Counted from the stretch's first letter, positions 26,433 to 36,274 are shown. The stretch is 64,000 nucleotides of DNA from Flaviramulus sp. (GCA_013001275.1 JABDMV010000058.1:4649-68648), one strand, 5' to 3'. Made by a program: numbers and translations. The notes: a model not told the origin generated them from the sequence alone.

Positions 26433-27074
26433 TTATATTTTTCTAGATATGGTTAAGCCATCTCTAATAGGTAAAACAACGGTTTCTATGCGGGTATCTT
26501 CTTTTAATAACGAATTATACTCTATTAGGGCTTTAGTTGAGGTATCTTCGGGTTGTAAAGCTTCTATAACTTTACCACTCCAAAGGACGTTATCGGATAA
26601 AATAATAGCTCCCGAATTTAATTTATCAATAATTATATTAAAATAATTTGTGTAGTTTTCTTTATCTGCGTCGATAAAAACCAAATCAAAATTTATATCA
26701 AATTTTGGTATAATATGTAATGCATCGCCTAAATGTTGTACAATTTGACTACCGTAACTAGATTTTTCGAAATAAGATCGCTGAAAATCAATCAATTCTT
26801 CATTAATTTCGATTGTATGTAATTTACCATCGGCTTGCATACCCTCAGCCAAGCATAACGCAGAATACCCTGTGTAAGTTCCTATTTCAAGAATATTTTT
26901 TGGATTTAACATCTTAGAAATCATACTCAAAACACGCCCTTGATAATGCCCACTTAGCATTCTAGGTTGTAAAATTTTTTGATACGTTTCACGTGTTAAT
27001 TGCTGTAATAATTCTGGTTCTTGTTCAGAGTGATTTACAACATAATTATTTAATTCTTCGGGTATAAAATGCAT
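26433..27074 (-). CDS. Class I SAM-dependent O-methyltransferase (catechol / caffeoyl-CoA OMT-like)
   Basis: 213 aa. 'ILEIGTYTGYSALCLA' and 'FDLVFIDADKENY'. Its ATG overlaps the ACMSD stop (TAATG). Confidence 0.8.
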   Translation of the reverse strand: MHFIPEELNNYVVNHSEQEPELLQQLTRETYQKILQPRMLSGHYQGRVLSMISKMLNPKNILEIGTYTGYSALCLAEGMQADGKLHTIEINEELIDFQRSYFEKSSYGSQIVQHLGDALHIIPKFDINFDLVFIDADKENYTNYFNIIIDKLNSGAIILSDNVLWSGKVIEALQPEDTSTKALIEYNSLLKEDTRIETVVLPIRDGLTISRKI

Positions 27075-28156
27075 TAACTTAAAATTCTATTAACTAATTT
27101 TTCTTTGGCAGCTTTATCATCACCACATAACCACTGAATCACATTGTCCTCCCAAATAGCATGATATTCATCTTGATTAATTATTTTTCTATCTAAGGCC
27201 AAATCCAATATTTTACCGGGATAAGACGATTGTTTGGCGCTTTCCATTTCACCTAAAGGATAAGGGTCATCAAGCCCCATAATAACTTGTTTAGATCCAT
27301 GATTGCGTATTAATAACTCTAAGCCACCAGTATCATGAACTAAAGTGTCAAAGAAAATATTTTTATGACCTACAGCTTTTCTAGGATGATGTTTCCCTTC
27401 AAACAAATCAGGTCTGCCATCAAACCCTTGTATTCGCCGTCCTAAATTAATTTGTGCCAATTGCCCACCATGAGCAAAACAAGTTCTCATGTTTGGAAAT
27501 TTTTCTTGATAGCCATTTAGCGTTAAAAAATGATATGCGTCTGCACATTGCGCCAACATCCAAATAAGATGAAAACGCCATGAAGTGTTTTCTAATTTTA
27601 TAAACTTTTCACCGTCATATGGGTGTATTTCTACCGCTAAATTGTATTTGTTTGCAAGCTCAAAAATAGGTTCATTTTCTTCATCAAAAATACAGCGCCA
27701 AGTTCCTATAGTGTCCATGTAATGTGTTGGTAAGCATAATAATTGCATGCCATGAGTTTCAACACAACGCTCAACTTCCCAGCATGCACTTCTTATAAAC
27801 CCTGGATGTACTACAAAACCACATGTAAATTTGCTGGGGTTTTCATGCTGAATTTTAGCGTTAAAGTCGTTTTGAAAACGCAGGGCCTTTTTCATTTCTT
27901 CCACTCGCAGACCATTTCCATAAAGTTGAGAGAGATTTAAAACAACGGCATGATCAAGATTATTTCGTTCCATCCATTCTAACTTTTCATGTAAAAAAAA
28001 GCTGGAATCGGTTACTGGTCTGCTCCAATCTTTCTGGAGCATGAATTTCCTGTCTTTATCTACCCAAAATATTCCTTTTTCTTGCATATAATCAGGAATT
28101 TCCTCTGGATAAGGAAGTAAATGGGAATGACCGTTAATTCTAAGTTTTCGTTTCAT
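27074..28156 (-). CDS. Amidohydrolase-2 family enzyme, probably 2-amino-3-carboxymuconate-6-semialdehyde decarboxylase (ACMSD)
   Basis: 360 aa. 'INGHSHLLP' metal motif near the N-terminus, 'HPYD', 'FAHGG'. Lies in an operon with HAAO, KMO and kynureninase genes. Confidence 0.7.
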   Translation of the reverse strand: MKRKLRINGHSHLLPYPEEIPDYMQEKGIFWVDKDRKFMLQKDWSRPVTDSSFFLHEKLEWMERNNLDHAVVLNLSQLYGNGLRVEEMKKALRFQNDFNAKIQHENPSKFTCGFVVHPGFIRSACWEVERCVETHGMQLLCLPTHYMDTIGTWRCIFDEENEPIFELANKYNLAVEIHPYDGEKFIKLENTSWRFHLIWMLAQCADAYHFLTLNGYQEKFPNMRTCFAHGGQLAQINLGRRIQGFDGRPDLFEGKHHPRKAVGHKNIFFDTLVHDTGGLELLIRNHGSKQVIMGLDDPYPLGEMESAKQSSYPGKILDLALDRKIINQDEYHAIWEDNVIQWLCGDDKAAKEKLVNRILS

Positions 28157-28191
28157 GTTTAATTCCTGAGAAGTTAAGAATAATTAAGTGT

Positions 28192-28725
28192 TTAATCTAT
28201 TTTTACTTTTTTTGGTGGTTGCATGATGTCTCCGCAATTAGGACAACTACGTTTAACTTTATTATTGTAGTAGTTGTCAAATATTTTGGGCATATCAGTT
28301 TCAATATTATCTAAGGTAAAATCTTCCTCATATAATTTTGTTGTACAATTTTCACAAAACCAAAGTAGCGCATCTTTTACACCTTCCTCTCTTGGGTATT
28401 CAATGACTAATCCTACGGTATTTGCACCTCGTTGGGGTGAATGTGGCACTTTAGGAGGTAATAAAAATATATCACCTTCTTTTATATGAATATCTTTGGG
28501 AGTGCCATTTTCTATAACTTTTAAAATGATATCTCCTTCAACCTGATAGAAAAATTCTGGTGTTTCGTTATAATGATAATCTTTTCTGCTGTTTGGTCCT
28601 CCAACAACCATAACAATAAAATCACCATTTTTCCAGACTACTTTATTACCAACGGGTGGTTTTAAAAGATGTCTATTTTCTTCAATCCAAGCTTTAAAAT
28701 TAATGGGAGGAAATAATTTACTCAT
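28192..28725 (-). CDS. 3-hydroxyanthranilate 3,4-dioxygenase
   Basis: 177 aa. 'LKPPVGNK', 'DYHYNETPEFFYQVEGD', 'PHSPQR', and a C-terminal CxxC...CxxC rubredoxin-like site. Confidence 0.88.
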   Translation of the reverse strand: MSKLFPPINFKAWIEENRHLLKPPVGNKVVWKNGDFIVMVVGGPNSRKDYHYNETPEFFYQVEGDIILKVIENGTPKDIHIKEGDIFLLPPKVPHSPQRGANTVGLVIEYPREEGVKDALLWFCENCTTKLYEEDFTLDNIETDMPKIFDNYYNNKVKRSCPNCGDIMQPPKKVKID

Positions 28726-28822
28726 GTCTTAATGTTTTGAGCGTGCCCTTTTCGGGTCGAGATTTATTCACTACTCGGTAGCTTGATATACTCTTTCACG
28801 CAGTTATTTTTCAATTATAAAG

Positions 28823-29605
28823 TTACAAACTTTTTGTTCTACCTCCATCTACAGGGACATTTATTCCATTTACATAGCTCGCCGCTTCACTGGCTAAAAA
28901 TGTAATAACATTTGCAGTTTCTTCAGGTTTTGCAAAACGTTTAGCGGGCGCATAATTTTTCATGATTTCGGTCATTTCTTCAATGGAAGTTTTAGAGGCA
29001 TTCGCTTTAATATTAATAATTTCTGTTAAACGTACCGTTTCAGTAAATCCCGGTAAAACATTATTAACAGTAATTCCAAACGGGCCAACTTCTGTAGCGA
29101 GTGTTTTACTCCAATTTCCTACCGCTCCTCTAACAGTATTGCTGACTCCTAAACCTGGAATAGGTTCTTTTACCGACGTTGAAATTATATTAACTATCCT
29201 TCCAAAACCTTCGGTTTTCATAAATGGGATTGTTGCTTGGGCCAAAACATGATTACATTTTAAATGCATCGTAAAAGCATTATCAAACTCCTCTAAGCTA
29301 GCTGTAAGTATATTGCCGCTTCTTGGTCCGCCAGTATTATTTATAACTATATGAAATCCGTGATTTTTTTCGATGAACTTTATTATTTGTTCTTGTAATT
29401 CTCTTGGTTTTGAAAAATCTGCAACAATGTAACTATGATTTCTGTGTTTAGGTAATTCTTCTAAAACGGCTTTAAGTTTATCTCTATTTCTAGCTACTAA
29501 TGTAACGTTTACGCCTTCGGCAGCTAATGCCATAGCCGTTGCTCTACCTATTCCTTGTGTGCTTCCACATACCAAAGCGTTCTTATTGTTTATTTTTAAA
29601 TCCAT
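28823..29605 (-). CDS. SDR family oxidoreductase
   Basis: 'ALVCGSTQGIGRA' Rossmann motif. The ORF-track start at 29626 is a TTG overlapping the upstream ALDH gene, so the ATG at 29605 ('MDLKINNK') is preferred. Confidence 0.8.
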   Translation of the reverse strand: MDLKINNKNALVCGSTQGIGRATAMALAAEGVNVTLVARNRDKLKAVLEELPKHRNHSYIVADFSKPRELQEQIIKFIEKNHGFHIVINNTGGPRSGNILTASLEEFDNAFTMHLKCNHVLAQATIPFMKTEGFGRIVNIISTSVKEPIPGLGVSNTVRGAVGNWSKTLATEVGPFGITVNNVLPGFTETVRLTEIINIKANASKTSIEEMTEIMKNYAPAKRFAKPEETANVITFLASEAASYVNGINVPVDGGRTKSL

Positions 29606-29610
29606 ATCTG

Positions 29611-31053
29611 TTAATATTTTATACAAATGTTTTTTGCTTCTGTGAAAAAGCGTAATGCTTCGAAGCCACCTTCACGTCCAACACCGCTTGCTTTGGTTCC
29701 GCCAAACGGAGTTCGTAAATCGCGCATCATCCATGTGTTTACCCAAATTATTCCTGCTTGAATTTGATTACTTAAACGCATGGTTCTTTTTAAGTTATTG
29801 GTCCAAATGGTTGCTGATAATCCATATTTTACTTTGTTTGCCATTTGAATAACATCATCCTCATTATTAAAAGGCATTATAGTTACAACTGGTCCAAAAA
29901 CTTCTTCTTGATTAATTCTACATTCATCTGTTTTTAATTCAATTATTGTAGGTTCTAAATAATACCCGTTTTCAAATCCTTTCACGAGCACTTTATTCCC
30001 ACCACAAAGAACTGTCCCGTTTTCCTTTTTTGCAATGTCAATATAATCTAAAACTTTTTCTAAATGTGGTTTGGAAACTAAAGCACCTAAATTAGTGTCT
30101 GCTTCTGCAGGATTACCAACTTTTAATGCTTTTACTTTTTTAACAAAATCTTTTTTAAACTTGTTATAAATAGACCCTTCCACAAAAATGCGACTACCAC
30201 ATAAACAAATTTGACCTTGATTGGCAAATGAGGAACGTACAGTTGTCTCTAACATTTCTTTATAATCGCAATCTGCAAAAATTATATTTGGATTTTTACC
30301 ACCTAATTCCAACGATAATTTTTTAAACATTGGTGCAGCTACCTTCGCAATTTGTGCACCGGTTTCTGTTCCTCCAGTAAATGAAATAGCTTTAATATCA
30401 GAATGTTCAATTATTGCCTGTCCCGTAAGGCCACCTAAACCATGAACAATGTTTAAAACACCTTTAGGTAATCCAGCTTCATTGCAAATTTCGCCTAATA
30501 AATACGCAGTCATTGGTGTGACTTCACTTGGTTTAGCAACTACACAATTTCCCGATGCTATTGCAGGCGCAATTTTCCATGTAAATAAATAGAGCGGTAA
30601 ATTCCATGGTGAAATACAACCTACAACACCTATTGGTTGGCGCAAAGTATAATTAATAGCGTTTTGGCCTACGCTTTCATGACTTTCGCTAGAAAATTGA
30701 GTAACGGCGTTTCCGAAAAAGCGAAAGTTTGTCGCTGCTCTTGGAATGTCAATAGCTGTAGCTAAGCTAATTGGTTTGCCATTATCTTTACTTTCGGCTT
30801 CGGCAAAGTGCTTTAAATTAGATTCTAATAACTCCGAAATTTTAATTAAAATCCTACTTCTTTCATCTAAAGGGGTTTGCGACCAGATTGGAAAAGCAGA
30901 TTTTGCAGCGATATATGCATTTTCAACATCCTCTTTTGATGAATTAGGTATTTGTCCATATACTTCCCCATTGGCAGGACAAAAGTTGTCTAGCCAACCA
31001 TTATTTATTGGATTTTCATATTGGCCGTTAATAAAATTTTGGATGCGATGCAT
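29611..31053 (-). CDS. NAD-dependent aldehyde dehydrogenase, probably 2-aminomuconate-6-semialdehyde dehydrogenase
   Basis: 480 aa. 'LELGGKNP' and 'FANQGQICLCGSR' catalytic Glu and Cys motifs. The substrate call rests on operon context only. Confidence 0.7.
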   Translation of the reverse strand: MHRIQNFINGQYENPINNGWLDNFCPANGEVYGQIPNSSKEDVENAYIAAKSAFPIWSQTPLDERSRILIKISELLESNLKHFAEAESKDNGKPISLATAIDIPRAATNFRFFGNAVTQFSSESHESVGQNAINYTLRQPIGVVGCISPWNLPLYLFTWKIAPAIASGNCVVAKPSEVTPMTAYLLGEICNEAGLPKGVLNIVHGLGGLTGQAIIEHSDIKAISFTGGTETGAQIAKVAAPMFKKLSLELGGKNPNIIFADCDYKEMLETTVRSSFANQGQICLCGSRIFVEGSIYNKFKKDFVKKVKALKVGNPAEADTNLGALVSKPHLEKVLDYIDIAKKENGTVLCGGNKVLVKGFENGYYLEPTIIELKTDECRINQEEVFGPVVTIMPFNNEDDVIQMANKVKYGLSATIWTNNLKRTMRLSNQIQAGIIWVNTWMMRDLRTPFGGTKASGVGREGGFEALRFFTEAKNICIKY

Positions 31054-31460
31054 TACTGTTTTTTATATGCCATTACTTTAATTTCAACTACCAAATCTGG
31101 ATGTGGTAATTGATGAACTGCAACGGTAGTTCGTGTTGGTCCTGTTTCTTTATCGAAAAACTGAGCATAAACTTTATTATAACCAGCAAAATCATTCATG
31201 TTTACTAGGAACGATGTTACGTCAACTACATCAATAAGGGAAGCGCCTTCCTTTTCTAAATTTTTTTCAATATTTAGTAAAACTTCTCGTGTTTGTGATT
31301 CTATATTTAATCGTTTCGTCCCCATGTCGTCAATAATATCAACGCCAGCAATAGTATTGTCTGCTCTTCGTGAACTTGTTCCAGACACAAATATAAAATC
31401 GCCTACACGTTTGGTGTGTGGGTAGGCCCCTCTTGGTGTTACTGTTTTGTTGTTGCTCAT
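31053..31460 (-). CDS. RidA/YjgF family protein (candidate 2-aminomuconate deaminase)
   Basis: 135 aa. 'F.SG......' N-terminus and 'RTTV.V..LP....VEI' C-terminus of the RidA fold. The start overlaps the ALDH stop by 1 nt. Confidence 0.75.
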   Translation of the reverse strand: MSNNKTVTPRGAYPHTKRVGDFIFVSGTSSRRADNTIAGVDIIDDMGTKRLNIESQTREVLLNIEKNLEKEGASLIDVVDVTSFLVNMNDFAGYNKVYAQFFDKETGPTRTTVAVHQLPHPDLVVEIKVMAYKKQ

Positions 31461-31462
31461 AC

Positions 31463-32863
31463 TTATTGTTTTAATCCTGCTATTTTATCATCTTCTAATA
31501 TTTCTTCAGTTGCTGATTTCACTTTATCTAATAGTTGTTTTAAATCGTCAGTAATAGATATTTCTTTATCAGACAACATATTTAAAATGGCTTTATCTTG
31601 CGCGCGACCTCTTAGCATTGCTTCCCTGTAACCAATTTCTTCTTTGAACGTGACCAGCGAATATTTGGATGAATAGTCGTTTGGAAACTCTTTTTCTAAA
31701 GCCATTTCTAATTTACGCTTTTCTTGGAAGATATAATTGTTTACATGACCTTTCATTTCATGAAAGTTATCAATCGCTAAATCTGCTATAGCGTCGGTGT
31801 CTTTTTTTCGGTTTGCTTCATAAGTTTTAAAAACCGCTTCCCAATTTTTTAGATTTTTATCCAATACTTTATCAAATTCTACAACATCTTCAAATGAAGC
31901 ATTCATACCTTGTCCATAAAACGGAACTATGGCATGAGCAGCATCGCCCATTAAAAGCGTATTACTTTTAAAATGCCAAGGAGAACATTTTACAGTGCCT
32001 AGTGGGGCAGTTGGATTATTTAAAAAATCATCAATTAAGTTTGGCATTAAGGCTAAGGCATCAGGGAACTCTTTTTGAAAAAACTCTAATATTCTATCTT
32101 CTGATTTTAAATTATTAAAATTGTATTCACCTTCATTGTAACTTAAAAATAGCGTTACTGTAAAACTACCATCTAGATTTGGTAACGCTATCAGCATAAA
32201 ATTACCTCGAGGCCAAATATGAAGGGCGTTTTTATGTGTTTTATATTCGCCGTTCTCTTTTGGTAATATGCTTAGTTCTTTATAGCCGTGAGTTAAATAT
32301 TCTTGAGAAAAACTAAATAAGAATTTCTTGCCTAAATAATAACTTTTACGCATTACAGAACCGGCACCGTCTGTAGCAATAATAATGTCAGCATCTTCAA
32401 CGAAATTTGATTTAGAAATATAATCTTTAAAAAGTACCGTAGTTTTTTCAAAATCTACAGATTTACATTTTTTATTAAAATAAATATCGACGTTTTTATG
32501 TTTTTCAGCTTCGTCTAAAAGAAGTGCATTTAATTCACCCCTAGAAATAGAATTAATAAATTCATGGTCACGACCACTATAATTTGATTGAAAAGTGTTG
32601 CCATGTTCATCATGAATCATTCTTCCGTGCATAGGAATACAAAGCGACTTTACTTTATCTTCAATTCCAACCAGTTTCATCGCTTTATTACCTCGATTTG
32701 AAAACGCCAGATTTATTGATCGTCCAGCAGAGATGTCTTCTTTTCTTAAATCAGGTCGCTTTTCAAAAACAGAAACATGATAACCGCGTTGCCCTAGGCG
32801 TAAAGCTAATAGGCTTCCGCAAAGACCTGCTCCAATGATAAGTATGTTTTGCTGTTTATTCAT
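31463..32863 (-). CDS. kmo: Kynurenine 3-monooxygenase
   Basis: 466 aa. '[12 protein letters not shown]' FAD motif and '[19 protein letters not shown]'. Confidence 0.88.
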   Translation of the reverse strand: MNKQQNILIIGAGLCGSLLALRLGQRGYHVSVFEKRPDLRKEDISAGRSINLAFSNRGNKAMKLVGIEDKVKSLCIPMHGRMIHDEHGNTFQSNYSGRDHEFINSISRGELNALLLDEAEKHKNVDIYFNKKCKSVDFEKTTVLFKDYISKSNFVEDADIIIATDGAGSVMRKSYYLGKKFLFSFSQEYLTHGYKELSILPKENGEYKTHKNALHIWPRGNFMLIALPNLDGSFTVTLFLSYNEGEYNFNNLKSEDRILEFFQKEFPDALALMPNLIDDFLNNPTAPLGTVKCSPWHFKSNTLLMGDAAHAIVPFYGQGMNASFEDVVEFDKVLDKNLKNWEAVFKTYEANRKKDTDAIADLAIDNFHEMKGHVNNYIFQEKRKLEMALEKEFPNDYSSKYSLVTFKEEIGYREAMLRGRAQDKAILNMLSDKEISITDDLKQLLDKVKSATEEILEDDKIAGLKQ

Positions 32864-34154
32864 TTATAATAAACTTAATTTTTTCAACCAAATGATATAC
32901 ATCTTCAAACGAATTATAAAAAGGAGTTGGGGCGCATCGAATTACGTCTGGCTCTCGCCAATCGCTAATGACACCAGATTCTGTGAGCTTGTCATGTAAT
33001 TTTTTATCAGCATTCATAACTTGTATTGACAATTGACAACCGCGTGCTGCTTCACTTTTAGGTGTTATAATTCTAATCTTGTCATGTCCTAACTGATTTA
33101 ATAAATATTCAAAATAGCCCGTAAGTTTTTTAGATTTAGCAATTAATTTTTCAATACCAACTTCATTAAATAAGTCTAACGAGGCTTTTATTGCTGCCAT
33201 AGATAAAATAGGTGGATTGCTTAATTGCCAACCTTCGGCACCAGGTAATTGATCAAACTCGTCACGCATTTTAAAACGCGTTTGTTTATTATGGCTCCAC
33301 CATCCGGTAAATCGGTTTAAATTTTTATTATTTGCATGACGTTCGTGCACAAAACATCCTCCTAAACTACCAGGGCCTGAATTTAAATATTTGTAAGTAC
33401 ACCAAACGGCAAAATCTGCTCCAGAATCGTGAAGTTGTAAATCTACGTTTCCTGCACCATGTGCGCAGTCAAATCCTACCTTACAACCATATTTATGTCC
33501 AAGATTTGTAATATATTTTAAATCAAAAAACTGCCCAGTATAATAATTAACGCCACCAATCATTATGAGTGCTATTTCGTCACCTTGTTCTTCTAAAATA
33601 GCTTCTAAATCATCATATCTAAGTAATTCTTCGCCCTTTCGGGGCTTCCATAAAATTAAACCATTTTTATCATCAAAACCATGATGACGCAGCTGTGATT
33701 CCACGGCATATTTATCTGATGGAAATGCATCGTTTTCTATAAGTATTTTGTATCTGGATTTGGTGGGTTGATAAAAAGAAACCATCATTAAATGAAGGTT
33801 TGCCGTTAGGGTATTCATTACAATAACTTCAATGGGTTTTGCACCAACTACATTAGCCATGCTTTTGGTTAAAAACTCATGATACGGTAGCCAAGGATTT
33901 TTGGCTTCTGTATGTCCTTCAACGCCCAATTTAGCCCAATCGTCAAGTTCTTGATTGATATATGCTTTGGTTTGTTTTGGTTGTAATCCAAGCGAATTAC
34001 CTGTCATATATATCAATTCATTTCCGTCAGCATCTTTTGGGATATGAAACTGATTTCGATATAATTTTAAGGTATCATTATGATCTTGTTCTAAAGCGAA
34101 GTCAAGTCCAGATTTATATTTAAACAATGTGCGCTGTTTTTCGGTTTCTAACAA
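32856..34154 (-). CDS. kynU: Kynureninase
   Basis: 432 aa, PLP fold-type I, 'GNSLGLQP', 'FAVWCTYKYLNSGPG'. No ATG lies upstream of the conserved core. Candidate starts are TTG at 34154 or TTG at 34127. Confidence 0.88.
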   Translation of the reverse strand: MLETEKQRTLFKYKSGLDFALEQDHNDTLKLYRNQFHIPKDADGNELIYMTGNSLGLQPKQTKAYINQELDDWAKLGVEGHTEAKNPWLPYHEFLTKSMANVVGAKPIEVIVMNTLTANLHLMMVSFYQPTKSRYKILIENDAFPSDKYAVESQLRHHGFDDKNGLILWKPRKGEELLRYDDLEAILEEQGDEIALIMIGGVNYYTGQFFDLKYITNLGHKYGCKVGFDCAHGAGNVDLQLHDSGADFAVWCTYKYLNSGPGSLGGCFVHERHANNKNLNRFTGWWSHNKQTRFKMRDEFDQLPGAEGWQLSNPPILSMAAIKASLDLFNEVGIEKLIAKSKKLTGYFEYLLNQLGHDKIRIITPKSEAARGCQLSIQVMNADKKLHDKLTESGVISDWREPDVIRCAPTPFYNSFEDVYHLVEKIKFIINE

Positions 34155-34159
34155 AAATA
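34152..34159 (-). promoter_or_regulatory. -7 box TATTTTTG (minus strand) for the kynurenine operon
   Basis: The reverse complement of caaaaata matches TAnnTTTG. Its final TTG is the ORF-track start codon of kynU. Confidence 0.35.
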
Positions 34160-34245
34160 AGAATTATAAAGTTAGTAATGTGTACTTGAAAAAAGAAGAT
34201 AAAGTTGGTCTGTTTTTTTTGTATATTTATTAAAAACTTAAAGCC

Positions 34246-34665
34246 ATGAGTAAGACAAAAGAATATACAAATGGAGAGGTAACCATAGTTTGGAAGCCAG
34301 AATCTTGCATACATTCAGGGATTTGTGTTAAAGGATTACCCAATGTTTTTAGACCAAAAGTAAGGCCATGGTTACGAATTGATAAAGCTCCTACTGAAGA
34401 TTTAATTAAACAAGTGAAACATTGTCCTTCAGGTGCTTTAAGTTATTATATGAACTCCGTTGAGGAAGAAATTTCAGAGGTGTTTGATACGAAAGTTGAG
34501 GTTTTAGAAAATGGGCCATTATTAGTATATGGAACACTCAAGATTGTTATGAATGATGGATCTTCTGAAATAAAAAATAAAACTACAGCATTTTGTAGAT
34601 GCGGCGCTTCAAACAATAAACCATATTGTGATGGAACACATGTGAAAAGTCAATTTAAAGGATAA
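34246..34665 (+). CDS. Fusion of a divergent 4Fe-4S mono-cluster domain and a CDGSH iron-sulfur domain
   Basis: N-terminal 'CIHSGICV...HCPSGAL' and C-terminal 'CRCGASNNKPYCDGTH' (CDGSH signature). Confidence 0.8.
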   Translation: MSKTKEYTNGEVTIVWKPESCIHSGICVKGLPNVFRPKVRPWLRIDKAPTEDLIKQVKHCPSGALSYYMNSVEEEISEVFDTKVEVLENGPLLVYGTLKIVMNDGSSEIKNKTTAFCRCGASNNKPYCDGTHVKSQFKG

Positions 34666-34792
34666 TTTTATAAAGGCGCTTTAATTTTGTTTATACATTT
34701 ATAATTTAAAGAAGTAGAATACGGAAAACCTATATATAGTTAAAATACGAATTTGATGATTTTGTTTTAATTGTTTATTTCAAAATCATAGT

Positions 34793-35440
34793 TTAATTTA
34801 AATTAATAATTACATCGGTAAATTTTAGATTCCAATTCCCTTCGGCGTTTTTATGTTCCAACGCGATCTTAATACCGTTAAAATCTTGATATTTTTCAAA
34901 CGTATTAGCAAGTGTTGGTTCGTTTTGATTCCCTTTCCTAAAAACCCATTCTTTAATTAGATAGTCGTTATCAAAATAAATATCATAAGCATCTCCAGGT
35001 GTGTAACCAACTTCATTAGAGTACAACAGCGTAATTTTATTTAATTCGGTTTTACTAATTGGAGCATTTTCTTTAGATAGTAATGAAATTGTAGTGCCTT
35101 TATCCCATACCAATTGAAATGGAACTAACAACCAAAATTTATCATTAATAAAGGCTTTATCAGCATTTATTGATAGGCTATCAATAAATTTTCTGTTATA
35201 AAATATAGTGTCTTTAGAGGTAATTAAGGTAATATCATCGGTTCTAGTGTTCCATTTCCAGCTTCTTTTACCATTAAATGTAAAACTAACTTCGGAAACA
35301 TTTTTCCAGTTTTCAAAACCATGTGCATTAGCTATTTTCTGAGTTATTTTAATTTCGGTTTCAATGGAATTTGTTCCTGATTGGTTCTTACAACCTATAA
35401 AAAGAAGAGATATAAAACTGATATAGATGAGTTTTTTCAT
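34793..35440 (-). CDS. Hypothetical lipoprotein
   Basis: Signal plus lipobox 'SLLFIGCKN'. No recognised domain. Confidence 0.55.
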   Translation of the reverse strand: MKKLIYISFISLLFIGCKNQSGTNSIETEIKITQKIANAHGFENWKNVSEVSFTFNGKRSWKWNTRTDDITLITSKDTIFYNRKFIDSLSINADKAFINDKFWLLVPFQLVWDKGTTISLLSKENAPISKTELNKITLLYSNEVGYTPGDAYDIYFDNDYLIKEWVFRKGNQNEPTLANTFEKYQDFNGIKIALEHKNAEGNWNLKFTDVIINLN

Positions 35441-35473
35441 AATTTAGAATTTTAGTAAAGATAGGGTTTGGAA

Positions 35474-36274
35474 ATGAAAAATAATGACGATTTTTTTAGA
35501 ACGAATAAAGAAACTTGGAACAAAAAAGTGGATGTACATGCTAAAAGTGATATGTATCAATTAGAAGACTTTAAACAAGGAAAATTATCTTTAATGCCTT
35601 ATGAAATTGATGCGTTAGGTGATGTAACAGGAAAAAAATTGTTGCATTTACAATGCCATTTTGGTCAAGACACATTAAGTTGGAGTAGGTTAGGAGCCAA
35701 TTGTACTGGAGTAGATTTTAGTGATGAAGGCATTAAATTAGCGCAAAGCTTGAATGACGAATTGGGCTTAGACGTTAAGTTTGTTTGTTGTAATGTTTTA
35801 GATACCTCAGAATTAATAAAGGACACATTTGATGTTGTTTTTACAAGTTATGGTGTTATTGGTTGGTTGCCAGATTTAAAGCCCTGGGGAAAAATGATTG
35901 CAGATCGATTAAAAAAGGGTGGTATATTTTTTATGGCGGAGTTTCATCCAATAGTTTGGATGTTTGATTATTTAGAAGGAGATCCTAAAATGAAATATGG
36001 TTATATGCAAGAAGAAGTTATTTATGAAGAGTATGAAGGTACTTATGCAAATGAAACTTCAAAAATAAAAAGTAAAGAATATGGCTGGAATCATGGTTTA
36101 AGTGAAGTTGTAAACGCTTTAACAGAAGCTGGATTGCATATAGAATATCTCAAGGAGTTTGATGAAAGTCCCTATGATGTCCTGCCCAATTTAGTAAAAA
36201 CAGATTCTGGGATGTTTGTTACTGAAGATAAATTGTATCCTTTAATTTTTACAATAAAGGCAGCAAAAATTTAA
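35474..36274 (+). CDS. Class I SAM-dependent methyltransferase
   Basis: 'LLHLQCHFGQDT' and 'FDVVFTSYGVIGWL'. The ORF-track start at 35468 is a TTG, and an ATG follows two codons later. Confidence 0.75.
   Translation: MKNNDDFFRTNKETWNKKVDVHAKSDMYQLEDFKQGKLSLMPYEIDALGDVTGKKLLHLQCHFGQDTLSWSRLGANCTGVDFSDEGIKLAQSLNDELGLDVKFVCCNVLDTSELIKDTFDVVFTSYGVIGWLPDLKPWGKMIADRLKKGGIFFMAEFHPIVWMFDYLEGDPKMKYGYMQEEVIYEEYEGTYANETSKIKSKEYGWNHGLSEVVNALTEAGLHIEYLKEFDESPYDVLPNLVKTDSGMFVTEDKLYPLIFTIKAAKI

Noticed and set aside
28726-28822. A 97-nt gap inside the kynurenine operon (between the SDR and HAAO genes) with a short ccc-gaaaa-ggg hairpin, considered as a possible internal regulatory element.
   Set aside because: The stem is only 3-4 bp and no recognisable riboswitch or promoter motif is present. 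It cannot be supported from sequence alone.
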